IMG/VR virus record: IMGVR_UViG_3300018914_000001 | Coordinates: 1 to 64,000 of that record | Strand: one strand, 5' to 3' | DNA length: 64,000 bases | DNA from: a virus | Taxonomy: Duplodnaviria; Caudoviricetes | Part shown: in pieces, positions 1 to 11,711 of the stretch | How positions within the stretch are numbered: the stretch's first letter is position 1 | How the letters are laid out: each line of letters begins with the position of its first letter | Notes under the pieces: model-generated | Told to the model about the DNA's origin: nothing | Seen by the model: only the letters and a program-made list of their open reading frames with translations | The model's database searches: none | Translations under genes and position numbers: made by a program

Positions 1-116
1 AAAATCTTTTTGGTAGGCATTCCTGTGCGGTTCTGATCGTAATAGCCTTCTTCTAGAATTTCTTTGACAAGAGTTAGGTATTGTACGTCTGCACTGTATC
101 CTCTCATTCTTCCCAT
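1..116 (-). CDS. thyA: Thymidylate synthase, N-terminal fragment (runs off window)
   Basis: Manual translation MGRMRGYSADVQYLTLVKEILEEGYYDQNRTGMPTKKIF; the Y-L-L..EIL..G....RTG pattern matches ThyA N-termini; AAGGAGG RBS upstream. Confidence 0.75.
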   Translation of the reverse strand, partial: MGRMRGYSADVQYLTLVKEILEEGYYDQNRTGMPTKKI

Positions 117-117
117 T

Positions 118-861
118 TTATCGCCCTCCTTTGCTTGGCACAGACCAAGCTCTGCAATCTTCTGCTGTAATCTCCAGACAATTCATCTGATGTCCAAAGC
201 AACAGCCCCCATCAATTCCAATCTTTCCTTCTCCATGCCATACATTCCCTAGTGTATTTGGATTTATCCTCATAGTTGGCGTATGACCAAAAACAACTGT
301 CTTTCCAGTGTTATGAGGGTGATGAATAAATTCATCTCTAATCCACATATATACATTCTTTGAAGATGCTCTCCAACTTGTAGCAACTGGATTAATACCA
401 GCATGTACAAAGATGTGTGTATTAGTCTCATAGAAGAGTGGCAATCTCCGAATAAAGTCAATTTCGCTTTTGCATTGAGCCAAGAAGTGCATTCTTGCTC
501 TTTCTACGCTATCCCAATTATCCTGTCTAATATGCGGGAAAAAACTCTCCATTGTCTCAATACCACCATTGAAAGCAAATAACATATCTTGATCTTTTAA
601 GTCTAGCCAATCAAGAAACATTTGCTCATGATTTCCTCTTAACACGATAGCTCCATTGGAAGATAAAGTCATCACCTCTTGAATAACCTCTTTACTCTGA
701 CTTCCTCTATCTATGTAATCGCCTAGTAGAATAAGTTGGTCATTTTCAGAATCGTAACCCATCAAATCTAAAAGCTCTATAAACTCGTCATAGCTACCAT
801 GAATATCACTGATGGCAAGGATTCTATGTTTTCCGTTTGGTATATGATTCATTTTTAACAC
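118..861 (-). CDS. Ser/Thr protein phosphatase-family metallophosphoesterase
   Basis: DIHG, GDYIDRG, GNHE, HAG, GHT motifs. Confidence 0.9.
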   Translation of the reverse strand: MLKMNHIPNGKHRILAISDIHGSYDEFIELLDLMGYDSENDQLILLGDYIDRGSQSKEVIQEVMTLSSNGAIVLRGNHEQMFLDWLDLKDQDMLFAFNGGIETMESFFPHIRQDNWDSVERARMHFLAQCKSEIDFIRRLPLFYETNTHIFVHAGINPVATSWRASSKNVYMWIRDEFIHHPHNTGKTVVFGHTPTMRINPNTLGNVWHGEGKIGIDGGCCFGHQMNCLEITAEDCRAWSVPSKGGR

Positions 862-869
862 CTCCTGTT

Positions 870-899
870 AAAAAAAGAGCTACTAACTCGTAGCTCTTT
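870..899 (-). terminator. Intrinsic terminator
   Basis: Minus strand AAAGAGCTAC-GAGTTA-GTAGCTCTTT followed by a T run, after the thioredoxin gene. Confidence 0.7.
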
Positions 900-1257
900 A
901 CGCATGTCGCATAACCAAGTCAATGACAGCGTGTTTGCTTTGAAAGCCAGAAACATCATCCACAATCTCGCCATCCTTGAACACGATCATGCGTGGAACA
1001 CCCATGACTCCAAAGTGTGTAGTGATTTCTGGATTCTCGTCTACGTCAATGTTGATAATAGAAAATGGCATACCTTTTATTTTAGTAGAGAATCCTTTGA
1101 TGTGCTCAGGCTTATTTTCTACGAAGTCTATAGAAAATTCATCGAAAGCATCCGAAATACTACGTGCTAACATTTTACATGGAGCGCACCAAGTGGCACT
1201 AAATTTTACAATATGAAGTCCAGTCGATATTTCTCCTTGCAGTTCTTGCAGTGTCAT
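898..1257 (-). CDS. Thioredoxin
   Basis: WCAPC active site, GVP cis-Pro motif. Confidence 0.9.
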   Translation of the reverse strand: MTLQELQGEISTGLHIVKFSATWCAPCKMLARSISDAFDEFSIDFVENKPEHIKGFSTKIKGMPFSIINIDVDENPEITTHFGVMGVPRMIVFKDGEIVDDVSGFQSKHAVIDLVMRHA

Positions 1258-1359
1258 TTTTCATCATCCCTTCTTGAAAATTAGCCAATCAATCCAACCA
1301 TATACAGCCCCAGCAATAGAAGCGATTAACAACCAGCTCAAATATGTTTCCCACATACC

Positions 1360-1851
1360 CTAAAACCTCAAATGCTTCTTGTCATTGACAAGCTTTGCAC
1401 CCTCAACTTTAATCCCATTCTTCATATCTTCCAACATAGCCTTCTTGTCCATCTTGTCAGGTTGTGGAATTTTATATTTGTCTGCCACCTTAGCTTCGTC
1501 AATGACTTCAACAGAAGCAGGATTTGCTTGTAGACGAATATTGAATAGACCAGCTTTAACCTTTTCGATTTTCGCTTGCTCCATGCAATTTTGAGCATAA
1601 TTCTTTAAGCTTTCAGCGCGATTCTCTAGAGCCTTAGCGCGTTGAGCAAGACGCTTCGCTTCTTCGTCAAACATCTTAGCCTCTGCCATCAAATTCTTGT
1701 AGTATTTAGCAATACCTTCTAGTTTGTCCTCCAGAAGAATCTCTAATGAATCAAGAGTGTCAATAATAGATTGGTTATCAGCGTCCTCAGCTTCCATCAT
1801 GTCGTTAAGCTGAGACATCAGTCCAGTAATCTCATAAAGTTTAAGTGACAT
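1360..1851 (-). CDS. Siphovirus Gp157-family protein
   Basis: MSLKLYEIT start, coiled coil, NPASVEVIDE, DKKA..LK.G..VEGA C-terminus. Confidence 0.8.
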   Translation of the reverse strand: MSLKLYEITGLMSQLNDMMEAEDADNQSIIDTLDSLEILLEDKLEGIAKYYKNLMAEAKMFDEEAKRLAQRAKALENRAESLKNYAQNCMEQAKIEKVKAGLFNIRLQANPASVEVIDEAKVADKYKIPQPDKMDKKAMLEDMKNGIKVEGAKLVNDKKHLRF

Positions 1852-2854
1852 TGTTTTACTCCCCCTTGAACTGTTTGTAAAAATCTTCGCGAATATGGTA
1901 CGAATCAAATGGCTCCAAGTATCTATAGCCAATCATTTCACCACTTCTTGTTTTGTGATGAATATTTGTCCTGTCTGCAATTGGCTGTGGAATAAAATAG
2001 TATTCTATGCCAGAGCCTAGCCAATCTATATATTCCTGCTTACTGACTTCTATAAATATTTTAGTCATTGTTTTCCTCTTCTCTTTTCTCGATACGCGAC
2101 TGCAAATACCCCTGAATAAAGGATAGCAGGAATAATGTAGCTGTAAACATTAACGATGCTATACGAATTTGCTGAAACTTGATCCAAGTAGAGTACTAGA
2201 TACGTAATTGCAAGCGCACCAATATAGAAAGCTAATGCACGTTTCATCATGTTAATTACCCCCAATGCCCATGCTTTTTGAGAATTTCAATAATCTCGTC
2301 AGCATAAGGCTCATCAGTGTTAATGACAATGTATTTATGATCTGGACTCTTGTTGTCGTTAACCCTTCCTTCTTTAATGGTTTTACGTAACATATCCAGA
2401 TATTCAATCTCCCATGAAAAAGCATATTTTTGAATGTCATCATTTTTTAGGACTGTAAACTTTCCAAAATCTCCACCTTCAGTCACTATTATCACCTCGC
2501 TAAAAGAAGAGTTTTATATAATACTAAAAACGCAAACTGATAGAATATCTCCAGTGGAAGTCCTCTCCATCGTCAACCTCAATGTCTTCCATGTCATTTT
2601 CGCACTCCAGAGAGTATTCTTCAAGTATCTCCAGAAGTTCTTCAAACATATGAAAATCTGTGCCACTCCAATACCCTTTAAAAACAAGATAAAGAAACTG
2701 TCTGTAAGCTTCATCACCATGCTTTTGTTTTATCGACTCACGGATCAGAGGCTGAGTCATGGTGTGCATGAGGGAAACTCTTTGTAAATCCATATTCTTT
2801 CACCTCTTTGATTATAATTTTGCTTTTATAGAGTAGAGAGGGGTAAAAACCCCT

Positions 2855-3511
2855 CTATTTCACTCCTGTACTGCCATGACCGCCACGATCTGCATTACCA
2901 AGGACTTCTACTTCTACGAAGTCAACTTTAGGCATCTTGCGGTTGATGCGGAATTGGCACACACGATCATTCTTGCTAATGAAGGTATCTCGCGTAGCAT
3001 ATACTGGCAGAAACCATTGGTCATTATCACCACAGTATGACTCATCAATGACAGCATAGTGGTTAGCTTGAAGGATACCATAGTTCTTGAACGTGCTAGA
3101 ACGTGGCACAACGTTAGCCTCATATCCTTCTGGCAGTTGCATTGCTACACCAAGCGGGATCAGTTTGAACTCTCCTGCTTTCAACTCAATGGATTCAGCC
3201 GCACGAAGATCAATCCAGTCGCCAATAGCGATCTTGGCTACCTTATCAATTTCATTGTCAAAGTATTTGATAAGAACCTTCAATTGCTTACGGTTAACAC
3301 CTTTACCTTTTGGCTTAGATTCATCCTTGCGAAGCTTGGTAATCTCCCATAGCTTAAACACACTGGAAACAAGCTCTCCATTCAGGAAATATGTAACCAT
3401 AGCTTCATAATTTTTAAGGTCGAGAGATTTGATGCGACCTCTTGCTTTCAACTCCTTAATCCAGACATATTCCTTTTCCTTGTAATATTTTTTCTTTTTT
3501 TGTTCAATCAT
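2855..3511 (-). CDS. dut: dUTPase (trimeric type) with N-terminal extension
   Basis: [30 protein letters not shown] motifs. Confidence 0.9.
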   Translation of the reverse strand: MIEQKKKKYYKEKEYVWIKELKARGRIKSLDLKNYEAMVTYFLNGELVSSVFKLWEITKLRKDESKPKGKGVNRKQLKVLIKYFDNEIDKVAKIAIGDWIDLRAAESIELKAGEFKLIPLGVAMQLPEGYEANVVPRSSTFKNYGILQANHYAVIDESYCGDNDQWFLPVYATRDTFISKNDRVCQFRINRKMPKVDFVEVEVLGNADRGGHGSTGVK

Positions 3512-4078
3512 TTTATCACTTCTCCTTTTATTAGAACATAGGTCTATGAATGTCGTGCTCTATTTCACAACATTTTTTTGTCAAGCCATGAAAGCAAGAC
3601 AATGATTGCAATAAAGCCTAGTATGAAAATTATCCAATGATATTCCAACCGCCATAATTATTCTCAGCAAGCCATTTAGAGTACATGGTGTCAATCATCT
3701 GGTCAATCTCTTCTTTGGTCATCCCCACTAATTCATCATCATCAATTTCAATGACTTCAGTATATTCACTTCGAATATACCTAGTGGCAATGCGGAAATT
3801 TACCTTTATAAATACCACTTCCTTTTATTCGTATAAGAATCGCACACACTCAATGTTTTGAACGTATACAATATCAGTTGTAACACCATTGTCATCATTT
3901 ATAACAAGAGGGTTTGATGTTATGTTGCCATCTTTGTCAAAAAAATTTAAAACACGTTTTGCAGATTCTCCTCTGAACGTCATTTGTCTTCCGCTTACCA
4001 TTTCAAATATAACTCTTTCTAGCTCCATAACAATACACCTCCTTTTGATAAGGGGAGGGGCTTTCGCCCCACACCAAT

Positions 4079-7078
4079 TTAGTTACACTTCGAATCTCCG
4101 CAAGCTACACAAATGCAGTTTGCCTTGTCAAACGCTTGTTCGCCGCATTTAGAGCATTTTTGGAACACCATCTTTGGCTTGCCCTTCTTAATCTTGACAT
4201 TGCTTGGAATAGGAACTTCAATCTTTCCATAAGCTACATGCTCCAGTAGCGTTGCAAGTTTAGCAGGAAGAGTTACCATAGTCTGTCCTTTGCGAAGTTG
4301 TTTAGCGACTTCATCAATGTTATCACCAGTTCTAATTTGGCGAGTCACCAGTCTACCAATGACACTAGCCATTTCTTCGAACTCCTTGGTGTTAGAAGTG
4401 ATGAACACTTCAAAAGGTTGACCATCTTCATCAACGTTAATATTAATGTAAGCCTTCACCATCTTATCGCCAAATGGTACTTTCACTTTCTCAGTGAATC
4501 CATACAGGCGACTTGGGCGTTTCGAAAATTCATGAGTAGCTTCTTTATCGCCAACCCATTCTGCTTCATACTCCTGCAAGAAATTAAGCTTTTCAATGTC
4601 GCCTTGTTCCATCTCAGCCAGTTTTTCGGCCTCAATATGAACTTCCAACTTGGCGTCTTCCTTGTCTACAGCGAGAACTTGAGCTTCACGTGAACTATCA
4701 CGATAGATCGTCATGCCTTTCAGACCAAGATCGTATGAAAGCATGTATAATTCATCAGTCTGCTCTACAGTGAAGTCTCTTGGTGCATTAGCAGTCTTCG
4801 AAATCGAAGAGTCAGTCCATTTTTGGATAGCCGCTTGAACCTTAACGTGATCTGCTGGCGAAAGCTCCATAGCAGTTACAAACCATTCTGGCAGTTCGTC
4901 AATACTGCCTAAGCCATTCTTCTCCATGTATTGCAGAGCGATATGACAGATTTGCTGTGCAAAGCCAAGTCTGCTAGCTCTCCAGAACTCAAATGCAAAG
5001 TATGGCTCAACACCTGTTGTCGTGCCGCCAAACAGTTCTACAAACAGAGGAATGTAGTCGATGTATGTAGCAGTCGAACCAGTTGGTGCTTGCGTCAGAG
5101 AGGTTACGTTTCGAATACCATACTTTTTCAGAAGTTCATCCATCGAAGGGAACTCAGAAAGCATACGTTTCATAAATCCAGATTGGATAAATTTCTCGTA
5201 TTCGTAGGCAGGGAACGCACCCTTTTCTTCTGCGAGTTTAATGCTTGCCATGTAGTGCTGATACGCAATGAATTTATAAAGAGTATCAATAAACTCATTA
5301 CCTTCATCAGAACCATAACGAAGCTCTAGCTTAATCATCAGAGTGCCAAGTCCCATCGAGCCAATGCCAACTCTGCGCTCTTTCATTTGTGTTTCACGAT
5401 TTTCTTCCATGAAATAGTCAGTGTAATCAATGATATTATCTTGCAGTCTTTGAGATGTATGGCAAGCTCTAGCAAGAGAATCCCAATCGACCTGTAGATA
5501 CTTCTCTAATTCTTCGTATTTTGGGTAAAAATACAAAGAGGTTTTATTACTTACATTAGCCCCTCTCAGAGAAGATTTTCCACGCACATAATAACGTGGC
5601 AATACATGATGTCCAAGATTGCAAACACCCCATGCAGGAAGCCCTTGCTCGCCGCAAGGATTGGTACAAATGATGTAGTGGAAGTACCAGCTATTAGACT
5701 CCTTATTGTAACGCTCCAGCCATACAACTCCTGGCTCTGCGGACGCATGTGCGCTCTCAATAATCAAATTCCATATCTCTAAAGATTGTTTTAAGTCAGC
5801 ATTCAGACAATATACACTTTCAGCATTTGCCTCAACCACACTCTTGGCAAGTTTGACATTATTCATAAACGTATCGTCAATGCCAACAGAGATATTAGCA
5901 CCTGACAGATAACCCATTTCTCGCTTACGAGTAATGAACTTGACGATGTGAGGGTTGTTAGAATTGCAAATCAACATCAACGCTCCGCGACGAGAGCCAC
6001 CTTGAATAATTAGATGGACGATAGCAGAAAATACTTCTGCAAAGTCAACGCAGTCAATAGTTTCTTGTTGAAGCAGTTGAGCAATCAGCACAAACAGTTC
6101 CATCCAAGATACTGAGCCAGAAGAACGTCCATTCACGCCTTTGACGATAGCATTTCGCTTACGTAGATCGTTGAAATTGATAGCCACAGAGTATTTCTTG
6201 TACGAAAACTCTGCCATGTTCTTCATATTGTCAAACAGTCCGTCATCAACACTGTCAACAGCATTGTAAGAAAACACATTTCTTGTTTTAGCTCTTTCAA
6301 TAATTGCGTTGTCGAACTCTTCCTGAGTCGTTACAATTGTTACACCTTTAAACTTGCCAAGGCGAATACGTTGTAGCAATTCTTTATAGTCAGCATGGCT
6401 ATTGTCAAGATAGAAAATGAAATCGCTTTCAGTTGCGCCAGAGCCAGAGATTGTGTTAAATGTTGAAATATTGATGCCAACACCGCCACCTCTACGCATG
6501 ATACTGGCTTCCTTGTATGCAACCTCAAGACCATCCAAGAATTGCTCCATTGGGTTTTCTAGGGACTCAGGGCTACGAGCAACGAAACAGTTGTAAGCTG
6601 TCAAATTGGCACGTTGACCTGTTACAAACTCCTGTCCAAGCATCAGTTGGATACGACCGCCTAAGCTATAACGGTATCCATCAAATAGCCAGCGGAATTC
6701 ATTCTCCCAAAACTCTCTGGTTGTCATCGTTTCTTCAACACTAGAGCCACCCTTAGCCCAACGCTCCCAAAGCTGAGAGGGCTTCGTTTCAAGTGGTTTA
6801 TGCAATAGATCAAGTTCAACTTCATGTGTGTCGCCAAAACGATCTTCAACGACAGCCTTTCCATTTTTTAGAATCATGATCTTGCCTACTCGCTTAGAGC
6901 CTTTATCGTCAACAATAGCGACAACTGTATCTCCAGTTTTGTAACCTTCGTAAGTAGGAATTGCATAACGATCAAGAGCAATTAGCTCGTCAAGTCCTCC
7001 ATCTTTTGAGAACTCCATGTTTTCAAATTCGAATTCGTAGTGTTGTTTCAAAACAAATCCCTCCAATATTTTTCGCAT
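4079..7078 (-). CDS. nrdJ: Class II (adenosylcobalamin-dependent) ribonucleotide reductase
   Basis: YNCF, QGGSRRGA, TNPCGEQ, CNLG, APTGST, DSSISKT, TIYRD motifs; C-terminal CxxC...CxxC. Confidence 0.92.
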   Translation of the reverse strand: MRKILEGFVLKQHYEFEFENMEFSKDGGLDELIALDRYAIPTYEGYKTGDTVVAIVDDKGSKRVGKIMILKNGKAVVEDRFGDTHEVELDLLHKPLETKPSQLWERWAKGGSSVEETMTTREFWENEFRWLFDGYRYSLGGRIQLMLGQEFVTGQRANLTAYNCFVARSPESLENPMEQFLDGLEVAYKEASIMRRGGGVGINISTFNTISGSGATESDFIFYLDNSHADYKELLQRIRLGKFKGVTIVTTQEEFDNAIIERAKTRNVFSYNAVDSVDDGLFDNMKNMAEFSYKKYSVAINFNDLRKRNAIVKGVNGRSSGSVSWMELFVLIAQLLQQETIDCVDFAEVFSAIVHLIIQGGSRRGALMLICNSNNPHIVKFITRKREMGYLSGANISVGIDDTFMNNVKLAKSVVEANAESVYCLNADLKQSLEIWNLIIESAHASAEPGVVWLERYNKESNSWYFHYIICTNPCGEQGLPAWGVCNLGHHVLPRYYVRGKSSLRGANVSNKTSLYFYPKYEELEKYLQVDWDSLARACHTSQRLQDNIIDYTDYFMEENRETQMKERRVGIGSMGLGTLMIKLELRYGSDEGNEFIDTLYKFIAYQHYMASIKLAEEKGAFPAYEYEKFIQSGFMKRMLSEFPSMDELLKKYGIRNVTSLTQAPTGSTATYIDYIPLFVELFGGTTTGVEPYFAFEFWRASRLGFAQQICHIALQYMEKNGLGSIDELPEWFVTAMELSPADHVKVQAAIQKWTDSSISKTANAPRDFTVEQTDELYMLSYDLGLKGMTIYRDSSREAQVLAVDKEDAKLEVHIEAEKLAEMEQGDIEKLNFLQEYEAEWVGDKEATHEFSKRPSRLYGFTEKVKVPFGDKMVKAYININVDEDGQPFEVFITSNTKEFEEMASVIGRLVTRQIRTGDNIDEVAKQLRKGQTMVTLPAKLATLLEHVAYGKIEVPIPSNVKIKKGKPKMVFQKCSKCGEQAFDKANCICVACGDSKCN

Positions 7079-7180
7079 TTCCCCTTTTACTCATATTTTT
7101 GATAATCAATATATTGACTATCTTCCCGAAAAAAGAATGGTCAGCAAAAATATCTAACCATTCATCTCTCGGTACTTATT

Positions 7181-7209
7181 AGTATACCAATAATTTCGTG
7201 TTCTGTCAA
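7181..7209 (-). promoter_or_regulatory. SigA-type promoter upstream of nrdJ
   Basis: TTGACA-17-TATACT with extended -10 TG. Confidence 0.75.
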
Positions 7210-7439
7210 GAGTCTTATTCAAATTAAAAATCTTCAAATAGAGCGCAAGCTTCGGTGTCCTTTAATTTGAAGGAGCCGTTACGATTACAATATTCGACAT
7301 TTTCCCCTATCTCTCTAATGCTTTTGTCAGAATTAACAACATAACCCACTTGCGAACAAGAATACCAGAAGCAATCTCGACAGCTTTTTGGCTTCTTTTT
7401 GAATAAATTTTTAAACACAGTCATCAAATTTCTAAACAC

Positions 7440-9083
7440 TTAGCTCACCACTTCGTAATCGTCTAAGAACAACTGAGGCGTAATGATGGTTTTCCATTTA
7501 CCTTTCCACTTATTCAAATTTAAAGAGCCAACCGCTACTATACTCTCAGCGCAATCCTGAACAGAATCGAAAAACTCTTGATTGGTTCTGAATTTCATCA
7601 AAACAAATGGATTTTTCTCATCATTGCAATCAATACGAACAGTGGAGCCTCCACCCATTTGTCGCTTGCCTACTACCACAAGGTTGCGAACAAGAAATTT
7701 GGTTTCCCTCATGCCCTTACCTGTGACGAAGTTGAATTCCATCACCTTCTCAATGAGATCATAAGTGATGTCTTGAACATCAAGTTCCAGATCGTATTGA
7801 TTACCTTTATCTTCAAGATTAACTCCAACGCCAATATGTTTGACAAATTCTTCAAAATTCTTTTGCAAAACACCAACCCCACATGCTTGATCGTGACCAG
7901 CCGCAAACAGAGCTTGAGGCATCTGACTAATGTGACCTCTTATATTAAACCCATAACCTCTGGCACTGCCACGAAACAAAGGTTCGCCATCCTTTGTCTT
8001 AGCATGTGTGAGAACAACAGTGGGCTTACGGTACTTGTTAGCAATATCACCAGCTACCAAACCAGTAAATCCGCTGGTAATTGTATCATCGACAAGTACA
8101 ATAATATTGCGATGCTGAAGTTCGTGTTCGATCTTTTCAGAATATCGCTTTACAAAATCAGCTTGCATTAATTTACGCCTATCATTCAACTCTTTCGCTT
8201 CAGCCGCTAAGTTAGCACATAAGAAATAATCATCAGTTGATAGAAGTTTGAGTGCAAGCTCAATTTTGTCCATACGTGAAGCACCATTCAAAGTGGGCGT
8301 GATAGTAAACCCAATCGTTCCAGAATTAACATCAAAAAGATTAATTTTATTAGCCTGAAGAATAGCCTTCAAACCTTCATTCTTGATGTTTTTCAAGCCC
8401 TGATAAACGATATATCTGTTCTCAGGTTCGCGCATAGACATGACATCACCATGTAAGCCGACAGCTACAAGGTCTATAAACTCATCAGCAGTTCCAGAGC
8501 CAAGATAATCGTCCAACACCTGTACTGTCTTCCATACGATGCCAACACCAGATAATTCCTTGTTGGGATAATCACACATTTGATTGTTGACAATAAGAGC
8601 ATATGGATTTTCACATTCAGGGTGATGATGGTCAAGAATGATGATTTCAATACCTTTTTCTTTAAGCTCCCTACAAGCCTCAGCAGAAGATGTCGAAGAG
8701 TCTACAATGATAAGCAACTCAGTATCTTCTGGTACAACATCCATCGCTTGCTCAATCCCATGTCCTGCCGAACGTTGAACATGGAAGTAAGAAACATCTA
8801 CACCAAACTGCTTCAAGAAATTGTACATTACGACAGTTGCCGTGATACCATCAGCATCAATATCAGAAAAAATACGAATCTTCTTGCCAGTTCTCATAGC
8901 ATCAAGAATGATCTTGCAAGCCTGTTCGATATTATCGAGAAGACGAGGGTCATGAAGATCAGATTCACGCGGATTCAGAAACCTATTCAAATCATCAATT
9001 CCATTGATCTTCGCAAGTTTCTCTTGAACGTCATCGTATTCACTGTAAAGCTTTACAGGAGTCTTCTTTGTCCAGTTTTTCAT
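7440..9083 (-). CDS. recJ: RecJ-like ssDNA exonuclease (DHH/DHHA1)
   Basis: DIDADG, DHH, GSAR, AGH motifs. Confidence 0.88.
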   Translation of the reverse strand: MKNWTKKTPVKLYSEYDDVQEKLAKINGIDDLNRFLNPRESDLHDPRLLDNIEQACKIILDAMRTGKKIRIFSDIDADGITATVVMYNFLKQFGVDVSYFHVQRSAGHGIEQAMDVVPEDTELLIIVDSSTSSAEACRELKEKGIEIIILDHHHPECENPYALIVNNQMCDYPNKELSGVGIVWKTVQVLDDYLGSGTADEFIDLVAVGLHGDVMSMREPENRYIVYQGLKNIKNEGLKAILQANKINLFDVNSGTIGFTITPTLNGASRMDKIELALKLLSTDDYFLCANLAAEAKELNDRRKLMQADFVKRYSEKIEHELQHRNIIVLVDDTITSGFTGLVAGDIANKYRKPTVVLTHAKTKDGEPLFRGSARGYGFNIRGHISQMPQALFAAGHDQACGVGVLQKNFEEFVKHIGVGVNLEDKGNQYDLELDVQDITYDLIEKVMEFNFVTGKGMRETKFLVRNLVVVGKRQMGGGSTVRIDCNDEKNPFVLMKFRTNQEFFDSVQDCAESIVAVGSLNLNKWKGKWKTIITPQLFLDDYEVVS

Positions 9084-9665
9084 TGAATAATCCAACCCCC
9101 ATCTCTAATGATGCTTCGCACAAGCCATGCAGAGTAATTGGTAGAGCCAGTATGTTGCTTACATTCTACTTCATCGAAAAAATCCCACGATATTTTATAC
9201 CCATTTTCATTTTTTTCAATTTCATACATAACATAATCACAATCTTTGTGTTTAACAGTGAACTTATCTGGAAGGTTCATTCGCCACCCTCCCTTTCTTT
9301 GAAGGTATGACAACCACAATACTTACAACCGCAAGGACTCATATTTTCGTATGTGTCAAAGTGTCTATAGTAAGTATGACCGCACTCGCATATTCTGCTG
9401 TCTCCATATTCAGGGTTATAGCATCTGTTGCCAATCTCTTCAAGGTCGATAAGGTATGGTTGATCTTTTTGGCTCACTTCTTTTAAATCGAGAGCGTGAC
9501 CTTCAATTTTTACACCGTTAACAAATTCCAAATTGTAATATCCAGTGCCTCCATCCATTAGATCGCCGTCTGAATATTTCTCTATTTTCTTCAAAGTCGA
9601 AATAAAAGAACCCTGAACACAGCAGTCATCAAAAGATACTTTGTATACCTTCCCCACTTCCACCT

Positions 9666-10304
9666 TCATGCTCGTTCACCTCCAAAGTTAATGTCATTAA
9701 TCATAGGACTTTTGTAGACTTTAACATGGTCAGGCTTAAAACGAGACATCGCCAATGCCCTATACATGTTATCTCTGCCAGTTGGGTTCGCAGTATGGAG
9801 GTAGATTGTTTGAACAAGGTCAGTATTACCATTAGCCCACTGCTCCTCAATCCAACAAGCTACATCATACCCTGTCTTCTCTGTTCCAAGATCATGGTCA
9901 AGAGAAATGGTGTGAATGTAATATCCTGTGTAGTTTTCAGGAATATCATAGATTTCACCTTTGAGCATAGCAATGCATTCCTCGTATGTACGAGCCAACA
10001 GGAATTCTCGTGGACAGTCTCTTACATCATCAAGATAAATGTTGATAGGAGCTTTAGCTAGGTACAATGGCTGAAAATGACGCACAGGCTCACCAAATGG
10101 CAATACGTCATCAAGAGAAAGCTTATCCAATCTAGACAGGTAAGCTTCTCTCGTGGCATTCTTCCAGTCTATTTCGACCTTCCCTGTGCCGTTACACGCT
10201 TCACAAGGGAGGTCGATACCAGAACCCCAAGGAGTTACCCCGCCACTATCAATACAGCTTTCTCCACCACAATTTGGGCATAGCTTCTTCATACGATCAT
10301 TCAT
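9666..10304 (-). CDS. Zn-finger plus cyclic-phosphate-processing receiver-like domain protein
   Basis: N-terminal CxxCxG repeats; YLDDxR, SLDHDLG, HTANP motifs. Confidence 0.7.
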   Translation of the reverse strand: MNDRMKKLCPNCGGESCIDSGGVTPWGSGIDLPCEACNGTGKVEIDWKNATREAYLSRLDKLSLDDVLPFGEPVRHFQPLYLAKAPINIYLDDVRDCPREFLLARTYEECIAMLKGEIYDIPENYTGYYIHTISLDHDLGTEKTGYDVACWIEEQWANGNTDLVQTIYLHTANPTGRDNMYRALAMSRFKPDHVKVYKSPMINDINFGGERA

Positions 10305-10565
10305 TCTCAGTCACCACTGCTTTATATCGTGAGGATGGATAGTGTTGAAAATTTGGATGATTTTTCTTAACCCACTCATATAATAATTCAGGAGTTTCAG
10401 ATTGAGACTCATGAAGACGACAACCATTATAAAGACAGGTCAAATAATAAACTATACCACCCATTCCGTCACCATGAACAGTGATGAGACAGGTGTCATG
10501 TTGAGTATTGCCTAAAGCTACAAAATCACCCCGCGTAAACTTTGGCTTCTTAGGAAGTTCACACT

Positions 10566-11711
10566 TCATACAGCATCTTCCCCTTTCCAGAAGTATTTCA
10601 ACTTATTATTATATAAATAATCCCATACTTTCTTTCCCCTGTCAATAGGAGATTCTTTGCCAGTCAACAAATCTTCTTCATCTCTTACAAGATAAACAAG
10701 ACGACCAGCGAAGTGATTTTGTAACTGATCCTGATAAAATCTATCACTTTTTACCAGAGTCACTATGTTATCGTCTTCTATTTTCTCAAATTCTTTGTCC
10801 TTATCCCAAGCAAAGATGAAGCGTATACCTACGCCAAGCTCTTTAAGGATATGTATTTGCGCATCAGTGATTTTATCACCTTCAATAGAAACGGCGTTTT
10901 TGTATCCAAATTGCCATAGTAGCCATACAGACTTTGCACCTTCAACAATGATAACTTCTTGCTGTTCGAAGATATATGGTAACGCTCTATGAAGATTGTA
11001 TAATTCAACAGATTTATTACAAGAATAAATATAACGATACTTTTGCTCCTTCATGATCTCAGGGTTGTCACCAAAATATCTTCCCTTAACACCAATAAGC
11101 TTCCCGTATCTATCTCTAACAGCAAACACTGCACGTTTGGTTGTATGATCTAGTGCAACCTCAAACTCTATTTGAGTTTTACGGCTAATACCTTCATCTA
11201 TCCAAGGTTGCCAAGTACACTGAAGAAAAGAGTCCATAATACTGTCATTTAACACGTCATTTTCTGTAAACAATACTTCTCTCTTGCGTTTTTGTCTGAT
11301 GTAATCAAGCCAAGGAGTCCAATTCTTCTTTTTTCTTTCTTCTTTTTTGCCATTCACAAGTACCGCCAAAGAAGTTTCAAACATTTCGCGATATCCAAGT
11401 GTATTGCAAATCCATTTTTTTATCTCAAAGAGATAATCTTTTACACTTTCAAATGTTCGAGCATCAAACAAGATATACCCAATAATAGCAAATATATCCC
11501 CATTTATGCCCCTTGTGTATACGTTGGCAGTTAGACTTGGATTTTTATTAACTTGGACGCTTCGTTTGTAGCTAGAATAGAACTCTGGAGGAAGTTGTGC
11601 CTCCCATCTCTTTGGTAGCTCCCTAATATTTTGACAGCCTAATGCTTCTAATACATCGCCAATTCGCTCCTCGTTATAGATTCGCTCTTTGATCTCCCTT
11701 AGGTCACTCAC
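10566..11711 (-). CDS. DNA primase (TOPRIM; SPbeta-type)
   Basis: GVKGR, YNL, IVEGAKS, WDKD motifs; adjacent to helicase. Confidence 0.85.
   Translation of the reverse strand: MSDLREIKERIYNEERIGDVLEALGCQNIRELPKRWEAQLPPEFYSSYKRSVQVNKNPSLTANVYTRGINGDIFAIIGYILFDARTFESVKDYLFEIKKWICNTLGYREMFETSLAVLVNGKKEERKKKNWTPWLDYIRQKRKREVLFTENDVLNDSIMDSFLQCTWQPWIDEGISRKTQIEFEVALDHTTKRAVFAVRDRYGKLIGVKGRYFGDNPEIMKEQKYRYIYSCNKSVELYNLHRALPYIFEQQEVIIVEGAKSVWLLWQFGYKNAVSIEGDKITDAQIHILKELGVGIRFIFAWDKDKEFEKIEDDNIVTLVKSDRFYQDQLQNHFAGRLVYLVRDEEDLLTGKESPIDRGKKVWDYLYNNKLKYFWKGEDAV

Noticed and set aside
6170-6470. Apparent ~100-aa insertion in NrdJ as an intein
   Set aside because: No N-terminal Cys/Ser block or His-Asn C-terminal splice motif; more likely a native insertion
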